This document shows positions 8,770 to 16,867 of a DNA stretch of 38,619 nt, in pieces. Each line of letters starts with the position of its first letter. Position 1 is the first letter of the stretch. Source of the DNA: a virus (taxonomy: Duplodnaviria; Caudoviricetes); IMG/VR virus record IMGVR_UViG_3300022936_000018, positions 1-38,619 of that record, one strand, 5' to 3'. The notes under the pieces were generated by a model. The model was not told where the DNA came from, did not search any database, and saw only the letters and a program-made list of their open reading frames with translations. The position numbers and the translations under genes were made by a program.

Positions 8770-8896
8770 TCTTTATCGGCTTCCCGCGCATGGTCTGTAC
8801 GACCGTCCATACGGTGAGCGCGGCGATTGCTAGGAGGATGGTGGAGGCGACGATTACGCCGACCCATGCGAGGAGGGTCAGGGGTTCCATGTTCAT
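8756..8896 (-). CDS. Small single-TM membrane protein (46 aa, not in ORF track)
   Basis: GAAAGG RBS; MNMEPLTLLAWVGVIVASTILLAIAALTVWTVVQTMRGKPIKSGRP*. Confidence 0.65.
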   Translation of the reverse strand: MNMEPLTLLAWVGVIVASTILLAIAALTVWTVVQTMRGKPIKSGRP

Positions 8897-8912
8897 GCCT
8901 TTCGATAGATGG

Positions 8913-9341
8913 TTACTGCTGGCCCTCGATGAGGGAAGTTGTGCTCACGCCCGGGGTGCGGCGTAGGAACATGAGGCTGACGTTGTTCTGGTCGAACCAG
9001 CCCAGGGATGGGATGCGCAGCTGGTGGGCGAGGTCTTTGGTGAGCCAGTCGGTGCCGGCTAGGTAGAGCTCGCATCCGCTGTCGAGGATCTGTTGGTCTT
9101 GCCCTTCTGGCCCATCCCAGATGATCACTTCGTCGGCTATCCCCAGCTCGAGCACGTCAGCCATGCGCTCAATTGCGGGGCGCTGCGGTGTGCGCTTGTA
9201 ATGGGTGAGGAAGTTGTCACTGTTGACTGCGACAGTGAGGTGGCCCGTGCCGTACCTGCCGGCGAAGGTGCGCGCGGTAGTGAGTGCTTCTCGATGACCT
9301 AGATGCAGCAGATCGAAGCCGCCTGGGTACAGCACTCTCAT
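8913..9341 (-). CDS. Cytidylyltransferase/adenylyltransferase (TagD/RfaE-II-like HxGH nucleotidyltransferase)
   Basis: PGGFDLLHLGH, LTVAVNSD, YKRTP...ER, GTDW, RTPGVSTT family motifs; ATGA-coupled. Confidence 0.88.
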   Translation of the reverse strand: MRVLYPGGFDLLHLGHREALTTARTFAGRYGTGHLTVAVNSDNFLTHYKRTPQRPAIERMADVLELGIADEVIIWDGPEGQDQQILDSGCELYLAGTDWLTKDLAHQLRIPSLGWFDQNNVSLMFLRRTPGVSTTSLIEGQQ

Positions 9342-9838
9342 GTCTGCCCCCAGTTGCCTTTGTGCTTTTCCCACAGGTGGTTGCCGAGCACCATATTCAA
9401 CCTGCCGTGGCGTTCCTCCATGCGGAGGCGGTTTTGGTCGGTTATCTCGGGCCAGATGGTTTTCATGGGGACGACGGAGGGCAGTGAGCCCTCAAGATTG
9501 CATGCGCCTTGCTTGGTGACCTCATCTAGCGGAAGGTGCATCTGCACGTCTGCCCGGTTATAGATCGCGAGGAACATGGGGGGCCAACCGGCGAGCCATG
9601 CGGGGCCGCTCTTGTCGACGGTCTTCCAGAAGTCTTTGTGGAGGATGGTCACTGAATCATGCAGAAACAGGAATTGCTCGAACCGGGCGCATCCTGACCG
9701 GATGGCGGCGGGTTCGTAGCCGCCTGTCTGATGGACGAATACCTCACGCCTGGGTGAGCTGGTTCTCTTGATGCTGGCTAGGCAGTCCTCGAGCCATGCG
9801 CCGCGCTCGGGGTTGGTTCCGATGACGACAGGGATCAT
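9338..9838 (-). CDS. Short GT-A-like glycosyltransferase-related protein
   Basis: VVIGT...WLEDCLASI...GGYEPAAI...FLFLHDS pattern; translationally coupled to the nucleotidyltransferase. Confidence 0.55.
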   Translation of the reverse strand: MIPVVIGTNPERGAWLEDCLASIKRTSSPRREVFVHQTGGYEPAAIRSGCARFEQFLFLHDSVTILHKDFWKTVDKSGPAWLAGWPPMFLAIYNRADVQMHLPLDEVTKQGACNLEGSLPSVVPMKTIWPEITDQNRLRMEERHGRLNMVLGNHLWEKHKGNWGQT

Positions 9839-9846
9839 GCGAGCGC

Positions 9847-10008
9847 TCAGGCCTCGTCCGCGTCGACTCGTGCCCTGAGTAGTGCGGCGTCGTGTTCGGC
9901 TTTCCCCCGGATGGTGTCAGCAGCAGCCTGTGTGGGGGAGCCGATCGTGGAGTAGCCGGCCAACTGGATGATGGTGTCGTGGTCTAGGTGATCAGGGAGG
10001 CTAGGCAT
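9847..10008 (-). CDS. Hypothetical protein (53 aa)
   Basis: MPSLPDHLDHD... start overlaps the upstream stop. Confidence 0.5.
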   Translation of the reverse strand: MPSLPDHLDHDTIIQLAGYSTIGSPTQAAADTIRGKAEHDAALLRARVDADEA

Positions 10009-10141
10009 GGGCGCTGTCTTGGTGCTTGCGGCAAAGTGCTGAGATGCTGCCCTTGGCATCAAGGAAGTCTGCGTTGTTTGCATCTTCGATGTGGAACACG
10101 GGTGTGTCGCAGACGTTGCAGTTGATCACTAGCGCGCTCAT
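10001..10141 (-). CDS. Small CxxC protein (46 aa, not in ORF track), first late ORF
   Basis: GGGAG RBS; MSALVINCNVCDTPVFHIEDANNADFLDAKGSISALCRKHQDSAHA*. Confidence 0.6.
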   Translation of the reverse strand: MSALVINCNVCDTPVFHIEDANNADFLDAKGSISALCRKHQDSAHA

Positions 10142-10173
10142 TGTCGTCTCCCGTTGTTGTGGGGGTGAGAGGG

Positions 10174-10289
10174 TGGTGTCTCGTCCGGATTCGAACCGGA
10201 GTTACTGCGTCTCTGCCACACCCCTCATTGAGGAGCCGGGATTCGAACCCTGAGCTTCACAGCGTCCTAGGCCACTAGACGACTAAGAC
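10174..10289 (-). ncRNA. Aberrant tRNA-like RNA (Glu-type scaffold; 48-nt insert replaces the anticodon loop)
   Basis: GTCTTAG-TC-GTCTAGTGGCCTAGGAC-G-CTGTG-[48 nt]-CGCAG-TAAC-TCCGGTTCGAATCCGGA-CGAGAC-A-CCA. Confidence 0.7.
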
Positions 10290-10290
10290 T

Positions 10291-10698
10291 GGGCACTGCA
10301 GCGCCCTATTCAGTTGTTCCTTCGGTAGCGCCGAAGTGTGGGCGGTGGGTTGTGACTATCCCGCAGCTCGCGTGTGAACTACAGCAAAAGGAGGTTGCGT
10401 CTGCGCGAGTGAGCAACCCACCACGAATAGGTGCACAGAAGCGGGGCATTGAATGGCAGTGGCGCTTGACAGCACCGGACACCCATCTACCCCGCTCTGG
10501 CCGGACAGCAGCTTTGATTCGAATTCACTGGCAGGCCACCGTGTGAGACTGCTCGTGTCGGTCTACTTATCTCTGCGGCGAAACCGACAAACGCTTGGCA
10601 GGTAGTTCAACCGCTCCTAGCCCTTTGAGGGCACGCGCACCATACGGAGACTGTTCGGAAGCGGAATCGGGCGATTCTTTACAGAGATCACCCGCGTA
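10291..10698 (-). ncRNA. Candidate large structured RNA / late leader
   Basis: No convincing CDS; nested stems 10305-11/10425-31, 10344-52/10414-22, 10367-72/10404-09, 10440-46/10490-96, 10556-62/10583-89, plus several hairpins. Confidence 0.55.
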
Positions 10699-10704
10699 CT
10701 GACA

Positions 10705-10733
10705 ATTATGCATCCTCAGTAGATAGATACCAA
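10705..10733 (-). promoter_or_regulatory. Putative late promoter
   Basis: TTGGTA-N17-CATAAT in an AT-rich patch at the early/late boundary. Confidence 0.6.
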
Positions 10734-10742
10734 GTAGGTAAT

Positions 10743-10859
10743 TCATAGTGTGTCGGAATGAACGCAGTTGCAATGCCCGGACGGGTTGATGGAGCACCCC
10801 TTGCAGATTCCCGGATCTGGGGTGATGCCACATTCGCAGGAAGTCGCGTTAGTACTCAT
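10743..10859 (-). CDS. Cys-rich microprotein (38 aa, not in ORF track)
   Basis: MSTNATSCECGITPDPGICKGCSINPSGHCNCVHSDTL*, overlapping the upstream stop. Confidence 0.5.
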   Translation of the reverse strand: MSTNATSCECGITPDPGICKGCSINPSGHCNCVHSDTL

Positions 10860-11115
10860 TACAGGGATTGCCCAACTCACTAAATAACGCGGTCGGCTCA
10901 CCGATCACCTGCGCACCTACCGAATCGAGCATGAATCGAGTGACCCTCAGCGCAGATAACTTGCGCCTAGCGCTCAACAGGCGTTCCTGAGTGGTCGCGA
11001 GGTCGGTGGTTAGCCTCATCACAGATTCGTCCAAGCGAGTCTCATGCTCGATCAGACTCTCGATCTCCCGGTCTATGACTTTCTTGGCTTCTGTTGAATC
11101 GTGTACGGCGTTCAT
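10849..11115 (-). CDS. Hypothetical coiled-coil protein
   Basis: 88 aa, ATGA-coupled, AAGGAG RBS, heptad pattern. Confidence 0.65.
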   Translation of the reverse strand: MNAVHDSTEAKKVIDREIESLIEHETRLDESVMRLTTDLATTQERLLSARRKLSALRVTRFMLDSVGAQVIGEPTALFSELGNPCNEY

Positions 11116-11771
11116 GCTGTCTCCTTCTCTGATTGTTCGATTGCGTAGGCGAGTTCGCGAATGTTGAACACCTCATCACAAGCACGGCAGATGCCCTTGG
11201 CCTGTTGGATGAGGTCAGCCCCAGTGGGCCGGTACCGGATGACGAGGGGGCGGGAGTATCTGGCACCGTCGCGCATGTCGAACCACTCTGACGCTCCACA
11301 GGCCGGACACGGATTCGGTAGGTCGCGTTCCCTGGGCGGGTCAAGCAAAGCCCTGATTTGTCCCGCCCAGGCCCGGAGCTGCTTCACCTGAGCCCGCTCC
11401 AAAGCGTCATCCTGTGGTTTCGCCATGCGAGCCACATACCATGCGCGTAGGTCTTTCGCGGAGTCCTTCACCGGGACGATGCGGAGGGATGCGCACCAGT
11501 CGCGGATCTGGGAACTGATCTTCATCGCCGTGAACAGGGCAGCCGTGTTGAGGATCGCGCCCTCGAAGGCGAGCTTCCCGCCGGCGGAACCGGAACCGAG
11601 GGACGATCGGATCGAATCGTCCAACTGCGTGAGCAGGGAGGGGAGGACTACTGCTACCGTCTTCTGCCCCTCCAACCCCGACCCGACCGGCCCATCCTGA
11701 ATGACCTTCGTGCGCACAGGGTCAGTGAGGGCTTCCAACGCCAGGAGTAGTGGGTTGTCGTCGTCAGTCAT
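11112..11771 (-). CDS. Zn-ribbon protein, possible late transcription regulator
   Basis: 219 aa; PCPACG...CRAC; located just upstream of the late promoter; function inferred from position only. Confidence 0.5.
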   Translation of the reverse strand: MTDDDNPLLLALEALTDPVRTKVIQDGPVGSGLEGQKTVAVVLPSLLTQLDDSIRSSLGSGSAGGKLAFEGAILNTAALFTAMKISSQIRDWCASLRIVPVKDSAKDLRAWYVARMAKPQDDALERAQVKQLRAWAGQIRALLDPPRERDLPNPCPACGASEWFDMRDGARYSRPLVIRYRPTGADLIQQAKGICRACDEVFNIRELAYAIEQSEKETA

Positions 11772-11774
11772 CGT

Positions 11775-11990
11775 TCAGTCCTTACTCGGGGTAGACACGG
11801 GGAGGGCGGCGAGGAACTTCTCAACATCGTCGGGGTGGCCCATTGCCCAGCCGGTGCACCCGTTCTCGCCGCAGTCGCAGGGGATGGCGAAGCGTCCGCG
11901 CTCGGTTGCCCTGACGTACATGGCACGGTCACCTGTCGTCCACTGGTCGATGAACTGCTGACGTGTCAGCTCTGGGGTGTCACTGGTCAT
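11775..11990 (-). CDS. Hypothetical Cys-containing protein
   Basis: MTSDTPEL...PCDCGENGCTGWAM. Confidence 0.6.
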   Translation of the reverse strand: MTSDTPELTRQQFIDQWTTGDRAMYVRATERGRFAIPCDCGENGCTGWAMGHPDDVEKFLAALPVSTPSKD

Positions 11991-12252
11991 TGGTCGTCCC
12001 CAGACGGTCGATGACATATCTATCGAGGGCGTTAGCTAGCCCTTCGGCTGCATAGCTGATTGCCTCGCGGAGCGGGTCTTTGTGGCACCCGCATTTCACG
12101 TTCGGGCATCCCTGATCCCCATAACCACAGGGTCCGAGTCCGGTCGCTAACGTCCCCCTACGACAACGAGCACAACACAGGGGGCGGGTGTCGCGGGCCT
12201 CGGAGCCGCCAGATGGATGATTCGAGGGGATCGGCTGGTAATGCTTGCTCAC
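11980..12252 (-). CDS. Hypothetical Cys-rich protein
   Basis: GTGA-coupled; CCARC...CPNVKCGCH. Confidence 0.5.
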   Translation of the reverse strand: MSKHYQPIPSNHPSGGSEARDTRPLCCARCRRGTLATGLGPCGYGDQGCPNVKCGCHKDPLREAISYAAEGLANALDRYVIDRLGTTNDQ

Positions 12253-12344
12253 GAGTAGCCTCCGATGATGATGAGCGCTGCGAACAGCATTGATGCGGCC
12301 AGCATTCCCATGACGAACCAGAAGACTTTCCAAAAGTCACTCAT
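12249..12344 (-). CDS. Small membrane peptide (31 aa)
   Basis: MSDFWKVFWFVMGMLAASMLFAALIIIGGYS, coupled at both ends. Confidence 0.55.
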   Translation of the reverse strand: MSDFWKVFWFVMGMLAASMLFAALIIIGGYS

Positions 12345-12613
12345 GCGCTCTCGTCCTCGGTGGGTACGGGGAGAGCAGAAAGCTCTTCGTCTGTCTTGCG
12401 GCGCACATGGAACTGTGTACGGAACTTGATGGTCAGGTCGTCGCTGAGTCCATCGCTCAACGAGTATTCGATCGGCCATTGCTCGAATACGTAGTCACGT
12501 ACGAACTCGTCTACGGTGATGCCGAGAATGGCGACCTGCCTACGCAGGAACTGTTCGGTCTTGTCGGACAGTTCCTTCGCGGCCTTATTGCCGAACGTGT
12601 CAAGCATGCTCAT
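12341..12613 (-). CDS. Hypothetical protein
   Basis: 90 aa ORF, ATGA-coupled. Confidence 0.6.
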   Translation of the reverse strand: MSMLDTFGNKAAKELSDKTEQFLRRQVAILGITVDEFVRDYVFEQWPIEYSLSDGLSDDLTIKFRTQFHVRRKTDEELSALPVPTEDESA

Positions 12614-13224
12614 GCTGATACCTCGATTCCGTGATTACCCAATATCGCTTCGAATGACTCGTTGAACTCTTCGAGGGTCATCGCCTCCATACGGGCAACC
12701 TCCACCTCAGACAACGCCGATGACAGTTCTGCGGCCCGGTTCTGTGCTGTCTTCGCAACCGACAGTGACCGCATACGCAGCGCTTCCGTGTACCCGAGTT
12801 CGGCCACGTCCACCATTCTTTTCACCGTCGCGCGGAGTCGTTTCAGTGATCGCCAGTGCTGTGAACGGCGACGCTCCGTGACCGCCAACAGTTCCTTCGT
12901 CTCCGCGAGCTCGGTGCGGGTGTCCTGCAGTTCATCCATCAACGACTGCACCGTGTGAGCCTCGATCGGGTCAGGGACGGTCAGGGGTTCCAACGCCAGG
13001 AACCTCGACGCGGGGGCCACCTCCACTGACTCGAGGACAGCAATACGGGCCTCACAGATAGCCACCAACTCGAGCGCCGCCACCAACTGTGCGGACGGGG
13101 TTACGAACGGGGCGGGAACCTCCACCACAGTGATACGCCGGCCAGCCAACTTGACCCCCAGGGCGACACCGAAACACACGCCGATACCCAGACCAGCGGC
13201 GAGCATTAGCAGGGCGGCGGTCAC
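12610..13224 (-). CDS. Membrane-anchored coiled-coil protein
   Basis: GTG start; N-terminal TM (AALLMLAAGLGIGVCFGVALGV) and a long heptad region. Confidence 0.6.
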   Translation of the reverse strand: MTAALLMLAAGLGIGVCFGVALGVKLAGRRITVVEVPAPFVTPSAQLVAALELVAICEARIAVLESVEVAPASRFLALEPLTVPDPIEAHTVQSLMDELQDTRTELAETKELLAVTERRRSQHWRSLKRLRATVKRMVDVAELGYTEALRMRSLSVAKTAQNRAAELSSALSEVEVARMEAMTLEEFNESFEAILGNHGIEVSA

Positions 13225-13565
13225 GAGTTCTCCCTCAGAATCTCTTGAATCTCTTTCTCGCGTCGCGCCTCTGCGACCTCTTTGATGCGACCGGCATTGC
13301 GCCTGTTCTCGGCGGCTATCTTTCGGCGCTCCTGCTCGGGCTGAGTGGCCCAAGAAAGCAGCTCACCCCAGCAGCCGTCGCAAAGGTCGAGTTCCGAATT
13401 GGTGATGCGAGGGCGCTCGAAACTCGGGGCCGAACCAAAGCGGTACGACATCCAACTCACACGATGTGTTCGAAGAGTTACCTGCCCACGTAGACGGCTG
13501 GGCCAATCCTTCGCCAAAGACACTGGCTCGATCTTCTCGTCACAACGCTGGCAGTTGTCGCTCAT
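13221..13565 (-). CDS. Hypothetical Zn-finger protein
   Basis: CQRC...LCDGC. Confidence 0.6.
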   Translation of the reverse strand: MSDNCQRCDEKIEPVSLAKDWPSRLRGQVTLRTHRVSWMSYRFGSAPSFERPRITNSELDLCDGCWGELLSWATQPEQERRKIAAENRRNAGRIKEVAEARREKEIQEILRENS

Positions 13566-13831
13566 TCGGGTGTTCCTGTCTCGGTAGGGAGAGCACGGAT
13601 GGCGGCGGCGATGCGTTCGCCAGCGGCCCAGCCCATCGTGTACGGGTGGTGCTTGGTCTTGTCATGGTCTGCGACTATCGCCGCTCGGTTCTGCATCGAC
13701 GTTGCCCCCTCACGGCGACCAGCCTCGAAACCAGCCTTCCAATCCTCAAAACTCGGAATCTGCGGCTTGTTCGGGTGCGTCCGGCACCACTCATTCCATG
13801 CCTCGTTCTCGCGTTCGTCGTCAGTCAGCAT
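13562..13831 (-). CDS. Hypothetical protein
   Basis: 89 aa, coupled, IAAAIRAL ending. Confidence 0.6.
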   Translation of the reverse strand: MLTDDERENEAWNEWCRTHPNKPQIPSFEDWKAGFEAGRREGATSMQNRAAIVADHDKTKHHPYTMGWAAGERIAAAIRALPTETGTPE

Positions 13832-14357
13832 TGGGTGTCTCCTTCGGGGTGCGGTACGGGTTTACAGTGCGGTCTTCGGGTCGCTGGTTGTTATCGAACT
13901 CGTCAGCCTGTGCGCTCTCGTAACCCTCATCCCATGCCTCTGCTTTGGCTTCGGTGATGTGCCGTTCAACCTCAGCCGGGTTCGTCCACCCCTGTTCTAC
14001 GAGGAAGTCGGCCATTCCGTCGCGGGCCTTCTGCTCGGCTTCGGTGATAGCCGCCGAGATGAGGGGGAGGAGGACAGCGATAGCGTCTGCGGCCACCTGC
14101 TCATCCGAGATGATGTAAAGAGTCGCGGCTCGCATCTGGTCGCTGAGTCCCTGAGCAGAAAACCCTCGCACGGAGTTGGGCGCGGGGATGTGCTTGTCAA
14201 AGCAGCAGCAGAGATTTCCGCCACGGCAGCGGTCTCCGTGCTCTGGACAGGTGTAGTAGATCTGTTCGCGTAGTTGGTTGGTCACCGGGACAGGGGCGGC
14301 GATCGTCTCACCGTCGTAGGGCCGTCCAGTCAGCGGGTCGGTCAGCGGGTCAAGCAT
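13821..14357 (-). CDS. Hypothetical protein
   Basis: Start MLDPLTDP; AEAWDEGY...NPYR motif common in actinophage small proteins. Confidence 0.6.
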   Translation of the reverse strand: MLDPLTDPLTGRPYDGETIAAPVPVTNQLREQIYYTCPEHGDRCRGGNLCCCFDKHIPAPNSVRGFSAQGLSDQMRAATLYIISDEQVAADAIAVLLPLISAAITEAEQKARDGMADFLVEQGWTNPAEVERHITEAKAEAWDEGYESAQADEFDNNQRPEDRTVNPYRTPKETPNAD

Positions 14358-14688
14358 TGGTGTTCCCCTCGCCAGTGAGAGCGGCGATTGCCTTCTGTGT
14401 GTTCCAGCGCGGGTCGGCGGAGAGCAATGCCAGTGCCTTGTCGATGCGGGCCCGCAGCTTCTCGTTCTCGGCCAGCAGGTAGGCCACATCCTCACGCGAC
14501 CAACTAATGAACTCGGCGGTGTCGTCGTCCGAACACTTGGCCACTGGCTGATCCCAGAAGCCATCTCCCGAGTCCGTGCCGACCCACACCCAATGACGGT
14601 CTGCTGACACCTCCCAGCTCCACGGCCCCGGTGTTGCCGCGTCGAGTCGCGCCTGTATTGCTTCCTCACGCGAGGGGGAGGGGGTCAT
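14350..14688 (-). CDS. Ead/Ea22-like protein
   Basis: AATPGPW...AEFI...DVAYLLAE motif. Confidence 0.55.
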   Translation of the reverse strand: MTPSPSREEAIQARLDAATPGPWSWEVSADRHWVWVGTDSGDGFWDQPVAKCSDDDTAEFISWSREDVAYLLAENEKLRARIDKALALLSADPRWNTQKAIAALTGEGNTNA

Positions 14689-14840
14689 GCGACATTTCCA
14701 ACCCAATAGACGGGTGACGCTGGCGGATCAGCGGTCGGCAGCTTCCCAGAACGCCAAGCCATTACGGCTTCCTCGTGGTTGCGGATAATGCCTTCGTCAA
14801 CCTGAGCGCCGTAGCCAAGAAGCACACCGAAGATGTTCAT
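14685..14840 (-). CDS. Hypothetical protein (51 aa)
   Basis: MNIFGVLLGY..., ATGA-coupled at both ends. Confidence 0.5.
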   Translation of the reverse strand: MNIFGVLLGYGAQVDEGIIRNHEEAVMAWRSGKLPTADPPASPVYWVGNVA

Positions 14841-15370
14841 GCCTTCTTCCCCTCGCCCGGGTTGTAATGCTGCGACCGGGCTTGCTCGGGCGTGACCATT
14901 CCGTGCAGTGGTGCCTTCTCCCCCTCGGCTGCCGGTACGAGGGCGAGGATGGCGGCACGAATCTGTTGCGTTTCCGCATCCCACGGGCTAGAGACAGCCG
15001 CCGCTGCATCTCGTAGCGCGGCCTCACGAATGGTGGCTTCGCCAGCCGAACCAGCAGGGGTGAGACGACGGAGGGGCATTGCATACGTCAGCACATCTAG
15101 CTCTGTGCGGTCAGTCTGACCGGGAGTTGCTGTGGTGCCCTCCTTGTCCATCATGTAGTTCCATTCACCCGCAGCGTTGAGCGTCCAGATGCCGCCGATG
15201 TCGCTGATATACGCTCCCGGCTCGCTCGGCAGTTCCACCTGTTCGGTTACGTCAGGGCCGGGCAGAGCGGGCTTGCCGTCTTCCATCCATTTCTTGAAAG
15301 CCAGCCAGTCATCGTGAGTCGTCGCGCGAGGGTCGGGCAGGGTGTGCTGTCCGCAGAAGCAGTTGGTCAT
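14837..15370 (-). CDS. Hypothetical protein
   Basis: Start MTNCFCGQH with GAAAGGA RBS; LPSEPGAY motif. Confidence 0.6.
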   Translation of the reverse strand: MTNCFCGQHTLPDPRATTHDDWLAFKKWMEDGKPALPGPDVTEQVELPSEPGAYISDIGGIWTLNAAGEWNYMMDKEGTTATPGQTDRTELDVLTYAMPLRRLTPAGSAGEATIREAALRDAAAAVSSPWDAETQQIRAAILALVPAAEGEKAPLHGMVTPEQARSQHYNPGEGKKA

Positions 15371-15371
15371 G

Positions 15372-15890
15372 TCAGTTTCCTTTCGGGGTAGAGAGAGCAG
15401 CGACAGCACGGTGGATGACGGTCGCGGGAAACGCCACGCCCCCGAAGCTGTACTGAGAAAGCACGCCGGGGTCGGTGTTCGTCGGCTTGATAGGTTGCCA
15501 CCCGGAATTCGTACCTAGATGGCACATGCCGGTCGCATCACGAACGATGGTGCCGACCGCGTGCAGCGCCTCAAGCTCGTCGCCGTTATGGGCTTCCTCG
15601 TCGCTTGGTGTGTCGCCTACGGGGAGGGGACGGGAGAGGGCTTCGAGAGCTTTGAGCACGTCATCCCTCGTCGTTCGGCCCTGCGCGTTCAGGGTGAAAT
15701 TCGGAAAGTCGCGCTCAACACGAGCGATCAGTTCCGCTACTCCCTCGGTGGGCTGCGGGGCCGGGGTGAAGTCGAACGCGGCACGGAGAATCCTTGGGAT
15801 CGCCCACGGAACCAAATGCGCGTTCTCGTCTGCGTGCTCGTCTAGGACGGCCTCAATCTCCTCGTCGGTGGCTTCGGTGATGTGCTTCAT
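15372..15890 (-). CDS. Hypothetical protein
   Basis: Start MKHITEATDEE, ATGA-coupled. Confidence 0.6.
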   Translation of the reverse strand: MKHITEATDEEIEAVLDEHADENAHLVPWAIPRILRAAFDFTPAPQPTEGVAELIARVERDFPNFTLNAQGRTTRDDVLKALEALSRPLPVGDTPSDEEAHNGDELEALHAVGTIVRDATGMCHLGTNSGWQPIKPTNTDPGVLSQYSFGGVAFPATVIHRAVAALSTPKGN

Positions 15891-16066
15891 GCCTGGACCT
15901 CCGAGACCGATTCGCTGTAAGCAACGGCTCTCGCGAGGGCCGCCCACCCTTTAGCAAGGGAAACCGCTTCATTGCCGACGGTGCCGTAGGTTTTGACTAG
16001 ACCCTGCTCGCGAGTTCGGAGGATGCGTGCTGCATTGTCGATTGCTTCTTTCGTTGTCGTGCTCAT
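15887..16066 (-). CDS. Hypothetical protein (59 aa, not in ORF track)
   Basis: MSTTTKEAIDNAARILRTREQGLVKTYG...SEVQA*; GGAG RBS. Confidence 0.55.
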   Translation of the reverse strand: MSTTTKEAIDNAARILRTREQGLVKTYGTVGNEAVSLAKGWAALARAVAYSESVSEVQA

Positions 16067-16068
16067 CG

Positions 16069-16419
16069 TTACTTCTCCTCGTCATTGGTTGGGGTCTGCC
16101 CAGAGGACAGAAGGGAGAGAACCGCGTCGGCGTAGCGTTTTGCGTCCAATCGGTAGTCCCATTCGGGGTCGTAGTCGTGATCGTTCTCAGCCTCGGAAAT
16201 GAAGGCCGCAACTATCTGCTCTCGTGTTGGGGTAGTCGCCTGCGGCGAGGTTGTGGCCGGGACAGACTCAAGAGCAGAAAGCAGTTGCTCCATCACAGAT
16301 CCCATGTGGCGCGAGAGCGAGGCGTAGTCCTGTTCGAGATACCCGCGCGAGGTTCGGCGCTCTTCAATCAGTCGTTGTGCTTCTCTGATGAGAGCGTTGA
16401 CAGGGGGAACGGCGGTCAC
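16069..16419 (-). CDS. Hypothetical protein
   Basis: GTG start (VTAVPPVNALIRE...), PTREQIVAA...YADAVLSLL. Confidence 0.55.
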   Translation of the reverse strand: MTAVPPVNALIREAQRLIEERRTSRGYLEQDYASLSRHMGSVMEQLLSALESVPATTSPQATTPTREQIVAAFISEAENDHDYDPEWDYRLDAKRYADAVLSLLSSGQTPTNDEEK

Positions 16420-16547
16420 GACAGGTTCCCCGGTTTCGCCACGTTGCCGTCCCCGAATCCCTCTGGACAGGCCCATAGACCGTCGTAGTGAATCCAGCCC
16501 TCGTCGGTCTTCTCGATCGCGAGTCCGCAGTTCGCGCAGTAGGTCAT
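16416..16547 (-). CDS. Small Zn-binding protein (43 aa, not in ORF track)
   Basis: MTYCANCGLAIEKTDEGWIHYDGLWACPEG...; coupled at both ends. Confidence 0.55.
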   Translation of the reverse strand: MTYCANCGLAIEKTDEGWIHYDGLWACPEGFGDGNVAKPGNLS

Positions 16548-16867
16548 CGTTTCCCTCCACCGAGAGAAGAACCAGGGATGGACAGATGGGCGAGCTTCAT
16601 GTTGGCTTCATCAATGATCATCTGCGCCGCCCTGTAAACGAACCATCCACAGTTCGTCGTAGTCGCCTTGCGCGCGTCGGCGATCAGCTGCACCAACTCG
16701 TCTTCGTTAGCTGCATCTACCAGATCCCATACCGAGCGTGCCGCGACTGCAACCGCTTCGGACTGGGCCTCAAACGATTTCTGCCAAGCGCGCGGATCGT
16801 CGGGCTTGTCGAGTCCGAACCGTGCAACCTCAGCCAACTCCGCTGCCGACAGCTCAGGGGCGCTCAT
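16544..16867 (-). CDS. Hypothetical protein
   Basis: Start MSAPELSAAE, coupled. Confidence 0.6.
   Translation of the reverse strand: MSAPELSAAELAEVARFGLDKPDDPRAWQKSFEAQSEAVAVAARSVWDLVDAANEDELVQLIADARKATTTNCGWFVYRAAQMIIDEANMKLAHLSIPGSSLGGGKR

Noticed and set aside
10174-10289. Canonical tRNA with a group I intron or an assignable anticodon
   Set aside because: The 48-nt insert is far too short for a self-splicing intron, no 7-nt anticodon loop can be assigned confidently, and the acceptor stem is bulged
10352-10833. ORFs 10352-10546(+) and 10567-10833(-) in the late leader
   Set aside because: No RBS or coupling, atypical composition, and one spans the promoter; the stems explain the region better
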